DNA of 64,000 nt from Vicinamibacterales bacterium (GCA_036407095.1 DASWZV010000173.1:33531-97530); one strand, 5' to 3'; shown: positions 46,794 to 57,567, counted from the first letter of the stretch. Numbers and translations are program-made. Notes: generated by a model from the letters alone, not told the origin.

Positions 46794-49700
46794 ATGCGGC
46801 GATTTGCAGGGATCGCGCATGTGGCGGCGTTGATGGTCTTGTTGCCGACCATCGCGTTTGCGCAGGCGACGATCACGGGAACCGTCAAGGACACTTCAGG
46901 CGCGGTGCTTCCAGGTGTCACCGTGGAAGCCTCGAGCCCAGCGCTCATCGAAAAAGTCCGCACCGTCATCAGCGACGGCAGCGGGCAGTATCGCATCGTC
47001 GATCTCAGACCCGGCACGTACACGGTTACGTTTACGCTTACCGGCTTTAATACCTACAAACGCGAAGGCGTGGAGTTGAGCGGCGCCCTCACGGCGAACA
47101 TCAATGCCGACCTGAAGGTCGGCGCGCTCGAGGAAACGGTCACGGTCAGCGGGGAGAGCCCGATCGTCGATACCCAGAGCACGCGGCGGCAAACAGTCAT
47201 CAGCGGCGACGTCATGAAGGACCTGCCTGCGGCGCGGTCGTACGCGGGCGTCATGATGCTCATCCCGTCGACGATCACGCAGGCCGGCGCGAACCTCGAC
47301 ATTCAGGTCACGCCCGGCATGCTCGTGTTCGGCGGTGCAGGTGGCCGCAACAACGAAGCGCGCATTCAGGTCGATGGTCTGAATACCGGTGCTGCGTTCA
47401 ACGGCGGCGGCGTGTCGAGCTACATGGTCGACATCAGCAACGCGCAGGAAGTGGCGACCACGACATCCGGCGGCATGGGTGAAGCGGAAGTCGGCGGCCC
47501 GTCGTTCAGCATCGTGCCCAAGACTGGTGGCAACGCGTTCAAGGGCAGCTTCTATCAGTCGAACGTCACCAAGGGCATGGTCGGCGACAACTACAGCGAC
47601 GATCTGCGCACCGCCGGTCTCACGACCCCTGGCAAGCTGTTCAAGCTGTGGGATTCGAACCTCGGGATCGGCGGTCCGATCTCGAAGGACAAGCTGTGGT
47701 TCTTCTTCCAGTTCCGCGATCAGGGCAGCCATCGCACCATTCCAGGCATGTTCGCGAACGCGAACATGGGCGACCCGACGGCATGGAGCTATGTGGCGGA
47801 CAAGACACGTCCTGCTGTTGCGGCGGGCAGCTGGCGCAACGCGTCGATTCGTCTCACGGCGCAGCCCAATGCGAAGAACAAGTTCGGCGTGTTCTGGGAT
47901 CAGCAGGTTCCGTGTCAGGGTGCAGGCGTGATCGGTTCCGATGCCGGCTGCCGACACTCGGGCGACAACGAGATCATCTGCGGCGCGGCCGGTGCATCGA
48001 ATCCGCCATGCAGTCCAACAGCGGCGCCCGAGAACGGCACGTACCTGAGCGGCTTCGGCCAGCGCGTGCAGCAGGCGACCTGGACCTCGCCGCTGACAAA
48101 CAAGCTCCTGCTCGAAGCGGGCTTTGGCACCTACTGGAGTCAGTGGGGCGGCACGCCGCTTCCGGGCAGCAACTTCACTCAGCTGGTTGGCATGACGGAG
48201 CAGTGCACCGCGGGCTGTGCGACCAACGGGAGCATCGCGAATCTTGCGTATCGCTCGGGCACGTACCGTCAGAACTTCCAGGGCACGCTCGGGTGGCGCG
48301 GGTCCGCGTCGTACGTCACCGGTGCGCACAACATGAAGTTCGGGTACCAGGGCGGCCATCTGGTCGACAACCAGAACACCTACACCAACGATCAGTTCCT
48401 GACCTTCCAGGTGAACAACCTCGTTCCCAACCGCATCACCGAAACGATCAACCAGATTCCGCTGAAGCAGCGTGTGAACTACGCGGCGTTCTATGGCCAG
48501 GAGTCGTACACGTTCGGGCGGATGACGCTGCAGGGCGCACTGCGGTATGACCGTGCCTGGAGCTATTTCCCCGAAGTAACGCTCAATCCCACTCGCTTCC
48601 TGCCGATCACCAAACACTACGACCGGACGGACGGCGTGACCGGCTATAACGACCTGACGCCGCGCGGGGGTCTGGCATGGGATCTCTTCGGCACCGGCAA
48701 GACCTCGCTGAAATTCAACGTCGGCAAATATCTCCAGGCGGCGCAGAACGGTCTCACGTATGCGACGCTGCGTCCGAGCGGACGTCTGACCACGACGGCC
48801 ACGCGAGCGTGGACCGACGCCAACGGCAACTTCGTGCCCGACTGCGATCTGTCGAATCCGCTCGCGCAGGGCCCCGCGACTACCGGCAGCATCGACACGT
48901 GCGCGCAGATCAGCGACCTCGCGTTCGGTAGCGAGAAGTTCACGAGCGATCTCGACCCGCAGCTGGTCAGCGGGTGGGGCGTCCGGGCCGGTGACTGGCA
49001 GATCGGCGCATCGGTGCAGCAGCAGCTGCTGCCGAGAGTTTCCGCCGAGATCGGATACAACCGACGCTGGCTGACGAACTTCACGTGGGACGACAACGTG
49101 CTGCAGCCGCTCGCCAACTTCGACCAGTTCAGCATCACGGCGCCGACCGACTCGCGGCTGCCGTCAGATGCCCAGGGCCGAACGATCAGCGGTCTCTACA
49201 ATGTTCAGCAGAGCGTGGCGTCGCAGGTGAACAACGTCACGAAACTGGCGACATCGCTGGATGGCGGTGACTACACGCAGGTGTACAACGGCATCCTGCT
49301 CAACGTCAGCGCTCGTCCTCGCAACGGTCTGACGTTTCAGGGCGGCCTCAACACCGGGGCGACCCGAACCAACTACTGCGATGCTCGAGCGGCGGCGCCT
49401 GAATACACCGTGCTCGGCGCGCAGAACCCGACCAACCCATGGTGCAACACGACCACGGGATGGGTCACGCGGTACACGGGTCTCGGCTCGTACACGCTTC
49501 CGAAGATCGACGTGCTCGTGTCGGGCACCTTCCGCAGCGACCAGGGCTCGCCGCTGGCGGCCAACATGGTCTTCACATCCGGGCAGACCACGCTCGGCCG
49601 CGCGTTCGCGAACAACGCGCCGAACGTGACCGTCAACCTGGTCGAGCCGGGCACGTTGTATGGCGATCGCGTCAACGAGGTCGACATCCGGTTTGCGAAG

Positions 49701-49895
49701 ATCCTGCGCTTCGGCCGGACGCGGACCAACGTCGGGTTCGACATTTACAACATCCTGAACTCGGCGCCGATCCTGACCTACAACCAGGCGTTCAACCCGA
49801 CGATCAACACGGTGAACCCGTCGGCGAACTGGTTGTCACCGCAGTCGACGCTTCAGCCGCGCTTCGTGAAGTTCAGCGCGCAGATCGATTTCTAG
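46794..49895 (+). CDS. TonB-dependent receptor (Oar-like, N-terminal carboxypeptidase regulatory-like domain)
   Basis: ITGTVKDTSGAVLPGVTVEASSP, GGPISKDKLWFF, LRYD, C-terminal QIDF. Confidence 0.92.
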   Translation: MRRFAGIAHVAALMVLLPTIAFAQATITGTVKDTSGAVLPGVTVEASSPALIEKVRTVISDGSGQYRIVDLRPGTYTVTFTLTGFNTYKREGVELSGALTANINADLKVGALEETVTVSGESPIVDTQSTRRQTVISGDVMKDLPAARSYAGVMMLIPSTITQAGANLDIQVTPGMLVFGGAGGRNNEARIQVDGLNTGAAFNGGGVSSYMVDISNAQEVATTTSGGMGEAEVGGPSFSIVPKTGGNAFKGSFYQSNVTKGMVGDNYSDDLRTAGLTTPGKLFKLWDSNLGIGGPISKDKLWFFFQFRDQGSHRTIPGMFANANMGDPTAWSYVADKTRPAVAAGSWRNASIRLTAQPNAKNKFGVFWDQQVPCQGAGVIGSDAGCRHSGDNEIICGAAGASNPPCSPTAAPENGTYLSGFGQRVQQATWTSPLTNKLLLEAGFGTYWSQWGGTPLPGSNFTQLVGMTEQCTAGCATNGSIANLAYRSGTYRQNFQGTLGWRGSASYVTGAHNMKFGYQGGHLVDNQNTYTNDQFLTFQVNNLVPNRITETINQIPLKQRVNYAAFYGQESYTFGRMTLQGALRYDRAWSYFPEVTLNPTRFLPITKHYDRTDGVTGYNDLTPRGGLAWDLFGTGKTSLKFNVGKYLQAAQNGLTYATLRPSGRLTTTATRAWTDANGNFVPDCDLSNPLAQGPATTGSIDTCAQISDLAFGSEKFTSDLDPQLVSGWGVRAGDWQIGASVQQQLLPRVSAEIGYNRRWLTNFTWDDNVLQPLANFDQFSITAPTDSRLPSDAQGRTISGLYNVQQSVASQVNNVTKLATSLDGGDYTQVYNGILLNVSARPRNGLTFQGGLNTGATRTNYCDARAAAPEYTVLGAQNPTNPWCNTTTGWVTRYTGLGSYTLPKIDVLVSGTFRSDQGSPLAANMVFTSGQTTLGRAFANNAPNVTVNLVEPGTLYGDRVNEVDIRFAKILRFGRTRTNVGFDIYNILNSAPILTYNQAFNPTINTVNPSANWLSPQSTLQPRFVKFSAQIDF

Positions 49896-49948
49896 GATTC
49901 AGGAAGCAGGAATCAGGAATCAGGTAGGAATCAGATATCAGGAATCAG
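49894..49948 (+). repeat. AGGAATC heptamer tandem repeat
   Basis: About 7 units; the same unit occurs at 55468-55520. Confidence 0.8.
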
Positions 49949-49980
49949 CGGGCGGGTCGAAAGCGTTCGACCCGCCCGTT
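49949..49980 (+). terminator. Strong hairpin, probable terminator or stabiliser
   Basis: CGGGCGGGTCGAA-AGCG-TTCGACCCGCCCG with a weak U-tract. Confidence 0.55.
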
Positions 49981-50051
49981 GTGTGTACGGGCAGTGTAGG
50001 CCGGGCCTTCAGGCCCGGCGTCGCTCTTCCACGATAGAATCAAAAGCTCCA

Positions 50052-51065
50052 ATGGTCATCGACTGCCACGGTCACTACACGACTGCTCCGAAAGAGCTCC
50101 AGACATTTCGTGACGCGCAGATCGCAGCGCTGAAGGATCCGTCGGTCGCGATTCCATCAGGGCCCATCACAGTCTCCGACGATCAACTTCGCGACAGCGT
50201 GAAGCCGCAGCTCACGTTTCAGAGCGATCGCGGCACCGATGTGACGATCTTCTCGCCGCGTGCGTCGGCGATGGCGCATCACATCGGCGACGCGAAGACG
50301 AGCCTCGACTGGTCGCGCCACTGCAACGATCTCATTCACCGCGTGTGCGGTCTGTTCCCGGAGAACTTCGTCGGCGTTTGCCAGCTGCCGCAGACGCCCG
50401 GCAATCCGCTGGCCAACTGCATCGACGAGCTGAAACGCTGCGTCAACGAATACGGCTTCATCGGCTGCAATCTCAACCCCGATCCCTCGGGCGGACGATG
50501 GACGGCGGCGCCGCTGACCGATCGCTACTGGTATCCGTTCTACGAGGCGCTGTGCGATCTCGACGTGCCGGCGATGGTCCACGTGAGCGCCTCGTGCAAT
50601 CCGAATTTCCATGCGACCGGTGCGCACTACCTCAACGCCGACACGACGGCGTTCATGCAGTTCATCCAGGCGGATCTGTTCAAGGACTTTCCGACGCTGC
50701 GCATGATCATCCCGCACGGCGGCGGCGCCGTGCCGTACCACTGGGGCCGGTACCGCGGGCTCGCACAGGACATGAAGCGGCCGCTGCTCGCCGATCTCAT
50801 TCGCAACAACGTGTTCTTCGATACGTGCGTGTATCACCAGGCGGGGATCGACTTGTTGCTGAAGATCGTGCCGGCCGAGAACATCCTGTTCGGGTCGGAG
50901 ATGGTGGGCGCCGTGCGCGGCATCGATCCGGAGACCGGGCATTACTACGACGACACCAAGCGCTACGTCGACGGCGCTGCGATCTCGAGCGGAGCGCGCG
51001 CGAAGATCTTCGAGGGGAATGCACGCCGGGTGTACCCGCGAATCAATAAACTGGTCCCGGCGTGA
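50052..51065 (+). CDS. ligJ: 4-oxalomesaconate hydratase
   Basis: MVIDCHGHYTTAP, FSPRASAMAHH, HGGGAVPYHWGRYRG, FDTCVYHQ. Confidence 0.92.
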   Translation: MVIDCHGHYTTAPKELQTFRDAQIAALKDPSVAIPSGPITVSDDQLRDSVKPQLTFQSDRGTDVTIFSPRASAMAHHIGDAKTSLDWSRHCNDLIHRVCGLFPENFVGVCQLPQTPGNPLANCIDELKRCVNEYGFIGCNLNPDPSGGRWTAAPLTDRYWYPFYEALCDLDVPAMVHVSASCNPNFHATGAHYLNADTTAFMQFIQADLFKDFPTLRMIIPHGGGAVPYHWGRYRGLAQDMKRPLLADLIRNNVFFDTCVYHQAGIDLLLKIVPAENILFGSEMVGAVRGIDPETGHYYDDTKRYVDGAAISSGARAKIFEGNARRVYPRINKLVPA

Positions 51066-51156
51066 AGGGCCTCAGGGCCCAGGCCTCAGGGCTGGTCTAG
51101 GCCCCAGGCCCGATTCCTGGCCCAGCCCTGTGGCCTGAGGCCTGGGCCCAGGGGCC
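51066..51156. repeat. Inverted arrays of AGGCCYC-like heptamers
   Basis: CAGGGCC CAGGCCT... followed by GGCCTGA GGCCTGG. Confidence 0.65.
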
Positions 51157-51169
51157 TTCGAGGATTCAG

Positions 51170-51853
51170 ATGAAACCAACCATCGTGAGGAATATCCCGC
51201 GTGCGGACGCCGACATCATCCGCACGCTCGGTCAGCTTGGAGTCGCCACTGTCCATGAAGCGCAGGCTCGATCTGGCCTGCTGCGGCCTTACATGCGTCC
51301 CATTTACCCCACCGCGCGAGTCGCCGGCAGTGCAATCACGATCTCCTGTCAGGCCGGCGACAACCTGATGATTCACGCAGCGATCGAGCTGTGTCGTCCG
51401 GGCGACGTGCTGGTCGTGACGACGACATCGGAATCGACCGACGGCATGTTCGGCGAGCTGCTGGCCGTGTCGGCGCGCGCGCACGGCGTGGTCGGCCTCC
51501 TCATTGACGCCGGCGTTCGCGATGTCGCTGATCTCACGTCGATGGAGTTCCCGGTGTGGTCGAAAGCGATCTCCGCGCAAGGCACGGTCAAGGCGACGGC
51601 GGGATCGGTGAACGTGCCGGTCGTGTGCGCGGGTGCGGCGATCGCGGCGGGCGACGTGATCGTTGGTGATGTGGACGGCGTGGTGGTCGTCCCGCGTCAG
51701 GCCGCCTCCGAGGTGGCGCGGCTCGGGAACGAACGCGTAGCGAAAGAGGAGAAATCGCGTGAACGCCTGCGCAACGGTGAGCTCGGTCTCGATTTCTACG
51801 GACTGCGGGCGAAGCTCACCGAGCTGGGGGTGAGAATCGTCGACGAACTCTGA
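51170..51853 (+). CDS. ligK: 4-carboxy-4-hydroxy-2-oxoadipate (HMG/CHA) aldolase
   Basis: GVATVHEAQ, GDNLMIH, DAGVRD, ISAQGTVKAT, ELGLD. Confidence 0.92.
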   Translation: MKPTIVRNIPRADADIIRTLGQLGVATVHEAQARSGLLRPYMRPIYPTARVAGSAITISCQAGDNLMIHAAIELCRPGDVLVVTTTSESTDGMFGELLAVSARAHGVVGLLIDAGVRDVADLTSMEFPVWSKAISAQGTVKATAGSVNVPVVCAGAAIAAGDVIVGDVDGVVVVPRQAASEVARLGNERVAKEEKSRERLRNGELGLDFYGLRAKLTELGVRIVDEL

Positions 51854-51938
51854 CAGTGTGTGCTCCGCCGCTACAAGCTTTCCGTCCCCGGGAATCATGC
51901 GATCCCGGTATATCAACGCCTCCAACTGCTATATCTCA

Positions 51939-51967
51939 TTGACTTTCGCCTGGCGCAGGCGTAGTCT
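51939..51967 (+). promoter_or_regulatory. Sigma70-like promoter
   Basis: TTGACT-N17-TAGTCT upstream of the second receptor gene. Confidence 0.55.
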
Positions 51968-52295
51968 CCCGCCACGTAAACGGCGCTCTTTCGAGAGCGC
52001 CGTGGGCCTGCTCTTCGCGCCCCGGTATCGGATCCCTTTCGGTAGCCATATTCGCGTCGTTCGCTCGGGGCTTCTTTCATACGCACGGTAGTTCGTTTGG
52101 GGTTTCTTACGTTCGCGTTGTGTTCAAGCGCGCCGTGTTCAAGTGCACTGCGCTGTCTTCGTCTGCTGTCAGGCACGGTTTCCATCTCAAGGAGGACCTT
52201 TCAACCTGGAGTCGCGAATCACATCCCCTAGGACGAGCGTCTGGACCGACATCAACGGTTGCGGGGACACCCTCTCTCAAAGGAGCTTCAGCCCC

Positions 52296-55200
52296 ATGCG
52301 TGCACCGAAAGTGTTTCTCTCTATCCTTGCAGCGGCGCTCTTGGTGCCGTCGCTGGCCTTTGCACAAAAGGCATCCCTCACTGGTATCGTCCGCGACACG
52401 TCGGGTGCAGTGCTGCCCGGTGTCACGGTGGAAGCGTCGAGTCCCGTCATGATCCAGAAAGTGCGATCGGCGGTCTCCGACGGCTCGGGTCAGTACCGAA
52501 TCATCGATCTCGATCCCGGCACCTATCAGGTGACGTTCTCGCTGGCCGGGTTCACCAAGGTCGTCCGTGAGGGCGTTCAGATAGCGGGAACTGCCGTCTT
52601 CACGATCAACGCCGACATGCGCGTGGGCGCGCTCGAGGAAACGATCACGGTGACTGGCGAGACGCCGGTAGTCGACGTGCAGAGCAGCCGTCGAGAAACG
52701 GTCATCAACAACGATGTCATTCAAGCCATTCCCGCTACGCGCACCGTCGGCTCGCTGCTCAATGCAACAGCAGGCCTGACCGTCGACAACAACGGCGTCC
52801 AGCCGACGCCGACGATGACGTTCTTCAGCGCGCGCGGCGGCCAGACCAATGAAGGCCGTATGAGCGTGAACGGCATGACGGTCGCGGCGGCCTTCAACGG
52901 CGGCGGCGTGTCGTCCTACATCCTCGACACGGTGAACGTCGACGAAGTGTCCGTGACGGTGTCCGGCGGTATGGGCGAATCGGATATCGGCGCGCCGAAC
53001 ATGAACCTGGTGCCACGACAGGGTGGCAACCGGTTCACGGGACAGGCATTCATCAACGAGGCGGGCGATTGGTCGCGCGGCAACAACCTGAACGACGAGC
53101 TGCGCAACGTCGGCATCCGCGAGACGCCCGGCATCATCAAGTCCTACGACACGAGCATCACCTACAGCGGACCGATCAAGAAGGATCGCCTCTGGTTCCT
53201 CGGCAGCTATCGCAAGCTCAACACCGCGACGGCTGTCGAAGGCATCGTCGGAAACGCGAACGCCTACAACCTCAACGTGAACGATCCGAACAGCTGGCTA
53301 TACCAAGCCGATCCCAGCGTGACCGCTCGACAGCTGCAGGGGCGCGCAATGTACATCGGTCGCGCCACTGCGCAAGTGGGGAAGAATCGCCTCTCGTTCA
53401 GCCACGAGTATCAGCTGCGCTGCGAAGGATCGCCGCTCAAGGTTGACACCAACGGCTGCAACAGCCGCGGCTCCAGCTGGGTGGCTTCGGGTGGCGCGAC
53501 CACGTCACCCGAGTCGACAACCAACTACTTCCACTTCCCATACTACCTGACGCAGGGGCTGTGGACCGCGCCGATCAGCGGCAAGCTGCTGCTCGACGCC
53601 GGCTACTCGCGCCTCGCGTACCAGCACGCGGGTGGCCCTGGTCAGCTGCCGCCGGATGGCATCAGCGATATCTCGGTGACGGAACAGTCGACGGCAGTCA
53701 ATCCGGCGACCGGACAGCCGTGGGTGCCGCGCGCCAACTTTACGTATCGCGCGCTGGCCGGCTACTCCGACAACTGGGGGAACCCGAATACGTGGCGTGC
53801 CTCGGCGTCGTACGTGACCGGCGCGCACAACGCGAAGATCGGGTATCAGGGTTCGTATCTGATTGCTGACCAGCGCTTCGTGCGCAACCCGAGCCTGCTC
53901 TCGTACACGTTCAACCAGGGGGTCCCGGTCTCGTTCACGATGAACATTCCCGAGTGGACGACAGCCGACCGCACCAAGATCGCGGCGCTCTACGCGCAGG
54001 ACTCGTGGACGCGCGGACGCCTCACCGTGCAAGGTGCGCTGCGGTATGACCGGGCGTGGAGCTACAGTCCGGCCGAGCACAACGGCACGACGGTCACGTC
54101 TCGTATCAACACCAATCCGATCTCGCTGCCGTATACCCCGAGCGTCAATGCCTACAACGACATCACCCCGCGCGTCGGCGCCGCGTACGATCTGTTCGGC
54201 AACGGGAAGACGGCCATCAAGTTCAACATGGGCCACTACCTCGACGCCGCGACCAACGATGGCTCGTACACGCGCAACAGCCCGGCGGCCAACATCGTGC
54301 GCACGGTGACACGCAACTGGTCCGACACCAACGGCAACAAGATCGTCGACTGCGATCTCCTGAATTTCAATGCGCAGACGGCGATCGACAGCTGTGCGGC
54401 GCTCGGCGGCAACAACCTGAACTTCGGCAGCACCAGTTCCACCGTGACCCGCGTCAATCCGGAGATGCTTCGAGGGTGGGGCGTGCGCGCCAGCGACTGG
54501 CAGTGGGGCATCAACGTGCAGCACCAGGTCATGCCACGAATCTCGCTCGAAGCTGGATACAACCGCCGTTGGTGGGATGGTCCCGGCGGCACGGGCTGGG
54601 AGAACGGCGTCACCGACAACACCGTTCGCAATCCGAGCGACTACGAAAAGTGGATGATCAATGCGCCAAGCGACCCGCGTCTGCCCGGGGGCGGCGGCTA
54701 TGCGATCCCGATCTACACCGTGACGGCCGCGGCCAACGCGCTACCGGCGCAGAACTACATCACCTTCGAGACCGACTACGGTCCGAAGCGGATCAACTAC
54801 TGGCACGGCGTCGACGTGACGTTGAACGCGCGTCTGCGCAACGGCTTGTTCATGCAGGTGGGCACGAGCACCGGCCGCGAGGTGGAGGACTACTGCGCCA
54901 CTGAGCCGAAGATCGGTCATGGAATCGGCGACTCACCGGACGTGCGCAACTGCCGGCAGGTCGATCCGTTCCAGACGACCGTCCGTGGCCTGGCCTCGTA
55001 CACGATCCCGAAGATCGACGTGTCACTCAGCGGGACGATCAGGTCGCAGCCAGAATCGGAGATCGCATTCGCCGGTCTGGGCAGCGCGACGTGGAACGTA
55101 CCGAATACGTGCAGCACGCCGGGCTGTGTGTCGGTGCAGAGTCTGCTCGGCCGTCTGCCTCCGAGTGCCCTCGCCACCGGCACGACCGCCATCCCGCTTC

Positions 55201-55460
55201 TCGATGCGAGCCATCGGCTGTTCTACGGCGGCCGCCGGAATCAGCTCGATCTGCGCGTGGCCAAGATCCTCCGCTTCGGCCGGACGCGCGCCGATGTCGG
55301 GTTGGATCTGAACAACGTGCTCAACACCAACTATGCGACTGGTTACGTCACCACGTACCAGTACAGCGATAACAACGCTGCCCAGGGCGGTACGTTCCTG
55401 AACCCGACGGCGGTGTACACGCCGCGATTCGTTCGGTTGAACGCCACGTTCAACTTCTGA
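52296..55460 (+). CDS. TonB-dependent receptor (paralog of 46794-49895)
   Basis: Same N-domain, shared AAFNGGGVSSY and ALRYDRAWSY, C-terminal TFNF. Confidence 0.92.
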   Translation: MRAPKVFLSILAAALLVPSLAFAQKASLTGIVRDTSGAVLPGVTVEASSPVMIQKVRSAVSDGSGQYRIIDLDPGTYQVTFSLAGFTKVVREGVQIAGTAVFTINADMRVGALEETITVTGETPVVDVQSSRRETVINNDVIQAIPATRTVGSLLNATAGLTVDNNGVQPTPTMTFFSARGGQTNEGRMSVNGMTVAAAFNGGGVSSYILDTVNVDEVSVTVSGGMGESDIGAPNMNLVPRQGGNRFTGQAFINEAGDWSRGNNLNDELRNVGIRETPGIIKSYDTSITYSGPIKKDRLWFLGSYRKLNTATAVEGIVGNANAYNLNVNDPNSWLYQADPSVTARQLQGRAMYIGRATAQVGKNRLSFSHEYQLRCEGSPLKVDTNGCNSRGSSWVASGGATTSPESTTNYFHFPYYLTQGLWTAPISGKLLLDAGYSRLAYQHAGGPGQLPPDGISDISVTEQSTAVNPATGQPWVPRANFTYRALAGYSDNWGNPNTWRASASYVTGAHNAKIGYQGSYLIADQRFVRNPSLLSYTFNQGVPVSFTMNIPEWTTADRTKIAALYAQDSWTRGRLTVQGALRYDRAWSYSPAEHNGTTVTSRINTNPISLPYTPSVNAYNDITPRVGAAYDLFGNGKTAIKFNMGHYLDAATNDGSYTRNSPAANIVRTVTRNWSDTNGNKIVDCDLLNFNAQTAIDSCAALGGNNLNFGSTSSTVTRVNPEMLRGWGVRASDWQWGINVQHQVMPRISLEAGYNRRWWDGPGGTGWENGVTDNTVRNPSDYEKWMINAPSDPRLPGGGGYAIPIYTVTAAANALPAQNYITFETDYGPKRINYWHGVDVTLNARLRNGLFMQVGTSTGREVEDYCATEPKIGHGIGDSPDVRNCRQVDPFQTTVRGLASYTIPKIDVSLSGTIRSQPESEIAFAGLGSATWNVPNTCSTPGCVSVQSLLGRLPPSALATGTTAIPLLDASHRLFYGGRRNQLDLRVAKILRFGRTRADVGLDLNNVLNTNYATGYVTTYQYSDNNAAQGGTFLNPTAVYTPRFVRLNATFNF

Positions 55461-55521
55461 TACTCGAAGGAATCAGGAAGCAGGAATCGGGAATCAGAAG
55501 GAATCAGGAGTTAGGAACCGG

Positions 55522-55552
55522 GAGGCGGGTCTTCGGACCCGCCTCTTTTTTT
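55522..55552 (+). terminator. Intrinsic terminator preceded by AGGAATC heptamers
   Basis: GAGGCGGGTC-TTCG-GACCCGCCTC-T7. Confidence 0.9.
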
Positions 55553-55557
55553 CGCTA

Positions 55558-57567
55558 TCACCGACTGCGCGCGGCGAGCAATCGCCGCAACATCTCCTGC
55601 GCGGGAGCGGAATCCGGCTTCAGGCGCACGGCCGTCTGCGCTGACGCGATCGCGTCGTCGATTCGCCTCTGCAGTGCGTAGGCAACTGCCAGATTGTGGT
55701 ACGCATCGGCGTTGAGCGGGTTGATCTCCACCGCGCGCTGCAGGTGGGCAATCGCACCGTCCAGTTGGTTGCGCGGCCCGAGGATCACCCCCAGGTTGAA
55801 GTGCGCGTCCGCATTCTCCGGATTGAGGGCGATCGTCGTCTGGAACTCGCGAATCGCAGCATCGGGCTGCCCCACCGCGAGCAGGCCGGCGCCAAGATTG
55901 AAGCGCACGGAGTCGCCCTTCGGCTTCAGCTGCACGGCCGTGCGCAGGTGCTGCATCCCCTCGGCGAGGAGCCCCCGCGCCTGCAGTACCGTCCCGAGGT
56001 TGCTGTGCGCCTCCGCGTCACGAGGATCCAGACGCAGCGCCTCTTCGAGCTGCGCCTGGGCATCGGCAACGCGTCCCGCCTGCAGATACCTCATCGCGAG
56101 CGCGTTGTGCCCGGCGGCAACCTGCGGATCGAGCCGGACGTCCATCTCGGCCGACGCGATGGCGGCTACCAGTGATCGACGGACGAAATCGGCGTTGAGG
56201 ACTGCCGCGTCCTCCGCACGGCGCGGCACCACCTCGATCCAGAGCTGGCCCATCTCGTCGGTCGAGCGCGGTCCCGATCGCACGCGCTGCGGCGGATCGT
56301 TACGGTTGTTCCGATTTGCCGCGGAGTTGTCGTAGGTGAATCGCATCGACAGCCGCGTGCCCCGCGGGAGGGACACGGGCGATCGATAGCGATACCGGTC
56401 CTGCCAGCGAAAGTCCCATTGGCGAATCCACAGCAAATCCTTTTGCGAACCGTCGGGTAGCGTCGCCGTTCCGCGCATCTCCTTCCCGAGATAGTGTGCG
56501 TGCGGATAGACGCTCACTGCCTCGACGTCTACCGGGAGCACGTAGCTGTCCTCCACGACGTAGTTCGACTCGCCGGCAGGAATGGAGATCCCATGCGCCT
56601 CGAGCTTCACGCTGATCGGCGTGCGCGTCGGCGCCGTGTCGGAGAAGAACAGGCCGATCGCCGGCTGCACCGTTTCGCTCTTCGCACCCGCGATCATGTG
56701 GAGCAGCAGGATCACGTCGGCACCGGGATTGAGCGTCCATGCGTTGTCGGACGGCTCCATCACCGGCACCTTGCCCGGCGACCAGCCGTACACGTTGTAC
56801 ACCTGAGCGCTGTCCATCGCCGCGAAACCCGGGCCCGGCTCGGCACGATCGAGCGCGCGCGACACGCGCCCGAGATCGATTGCTACGTCCGCGTGGTGCA
56901 GCACCTGCGGGCGATCGGCGCGAAACTCGACCGCGCGCACGTAGCGCGTCGTGGTGATCGGTACCGGAATGACGAAGTTCCGGAATACGTCGCGGGTTCC
57001 CGTCCTGCCCTGCTTGCCCTGAGCGGAGTCGAAGGGAGCGGAGCCGAAGGGCTGCGGCTGCAGCACGTACGCCTCCGGCAGGGTCAGCACCAGATCGGGA
57101 GTACCAAGCTGCCATCCGCCGGAAAACGCCGGCGGCTTTGGCGCGTCGGCCGGATTCCCCTCGGGCGCGCCGCTCTCGACCCACTTCATGATGCGTGCGA
57201 TCTGATCATCGCGGAGCCGCCGTTCGCCGGCAAAGTCGCCGTGTCCGTGCTCGGGCAGCCACGGTGGCATCGCGCGGCGCTGCACCGCTGACGAAATCGC
57301 GCGCGCGTGGCGACGAACCGAGCCGTAGTCGAGCACGCTGAACGGGGCGCCAGCCACGCAGAGCGGATCATCTGAGGAGCCCGCGTTCGCCTCCGGCGAA
57401 GGAGGGATCGGACGATGGCAGCTCGCGCAGTTGTCGAAGAGGATGGGGGCGATGTCCGCGTTGAACGTAGCAGCCTTTTCCGTCGGTTCCGTGGTTCGCG
57501 AGCATGCCGCGACGACGGCGACGATAGCGAACGGCGCGAGTGCGCGGTTCAGCTCGTGACTCCGCAT
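55558..57567 (-). CDS. Lipoprotein: cytochrome c motif + Cu type II monooxygenase-like domains + TPRs
   Basis: VAAC lipobox, CASCH, MPPW, VLHH, PHAHYLG, DEM, C-terminal TPRs. Confidence 0.8.
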   Translation of the reverse strand: MRSHELNRALAPFAIVAVVAACSRTTEPTEKAATFNADIAPILFDNCASCHRPIPPSPEANAGSSDDPLCVAGAPFSVLDYGSVRRHARAISSAVQRRAMPPWLPEHGHGDFAGERRLRDDQIARIMKWVESGAPEGNPADAPKPPAFSGGWQLGTPDLVLTLPEAYVLQPQPFGSAPFDSAQGKQGRTGTRDVFRNFVIPVPITTTRYVRAVEFRADRPQVLHHADVAIDLGRVSRALDRAEPGPGFAAMDSAQVYNVYGWSPGKVPVMEPSDNAWTLNPGADVILLLHMIAGAKSETVQPAIGLFFSDTAPTRTPISVKLEAHGISIPAGESNYVVEDSYVLPVDVEAVSVYPHAHYLGKEMRGTATLPDGSQKDLLWIRQWDFRWQDRYRYRSPVSLPRGTRLSMRFTYDNSAANRNNRNDPPQRVRSGPRSTDEMGQLWIEVVPRRAEDAAVLNADFVRRSLVAAIASAEMDVRLDPQVAAGHNALAMRYLQAGRVADAQAQLEEALRLDPRDAEAHSNLGTVLQARGLLAEGMQHLRTAVQLKPKGDSVRFNLGAGLLAVGQPDAAIREFQTTIALNPENADAHFNLGVILGPRNQLDGAIAHLQRAVEINPLNADAYHNLAVAYALQRRIDDAIASAQTAVRLKPDSAPAQEMLRRLLAARSR

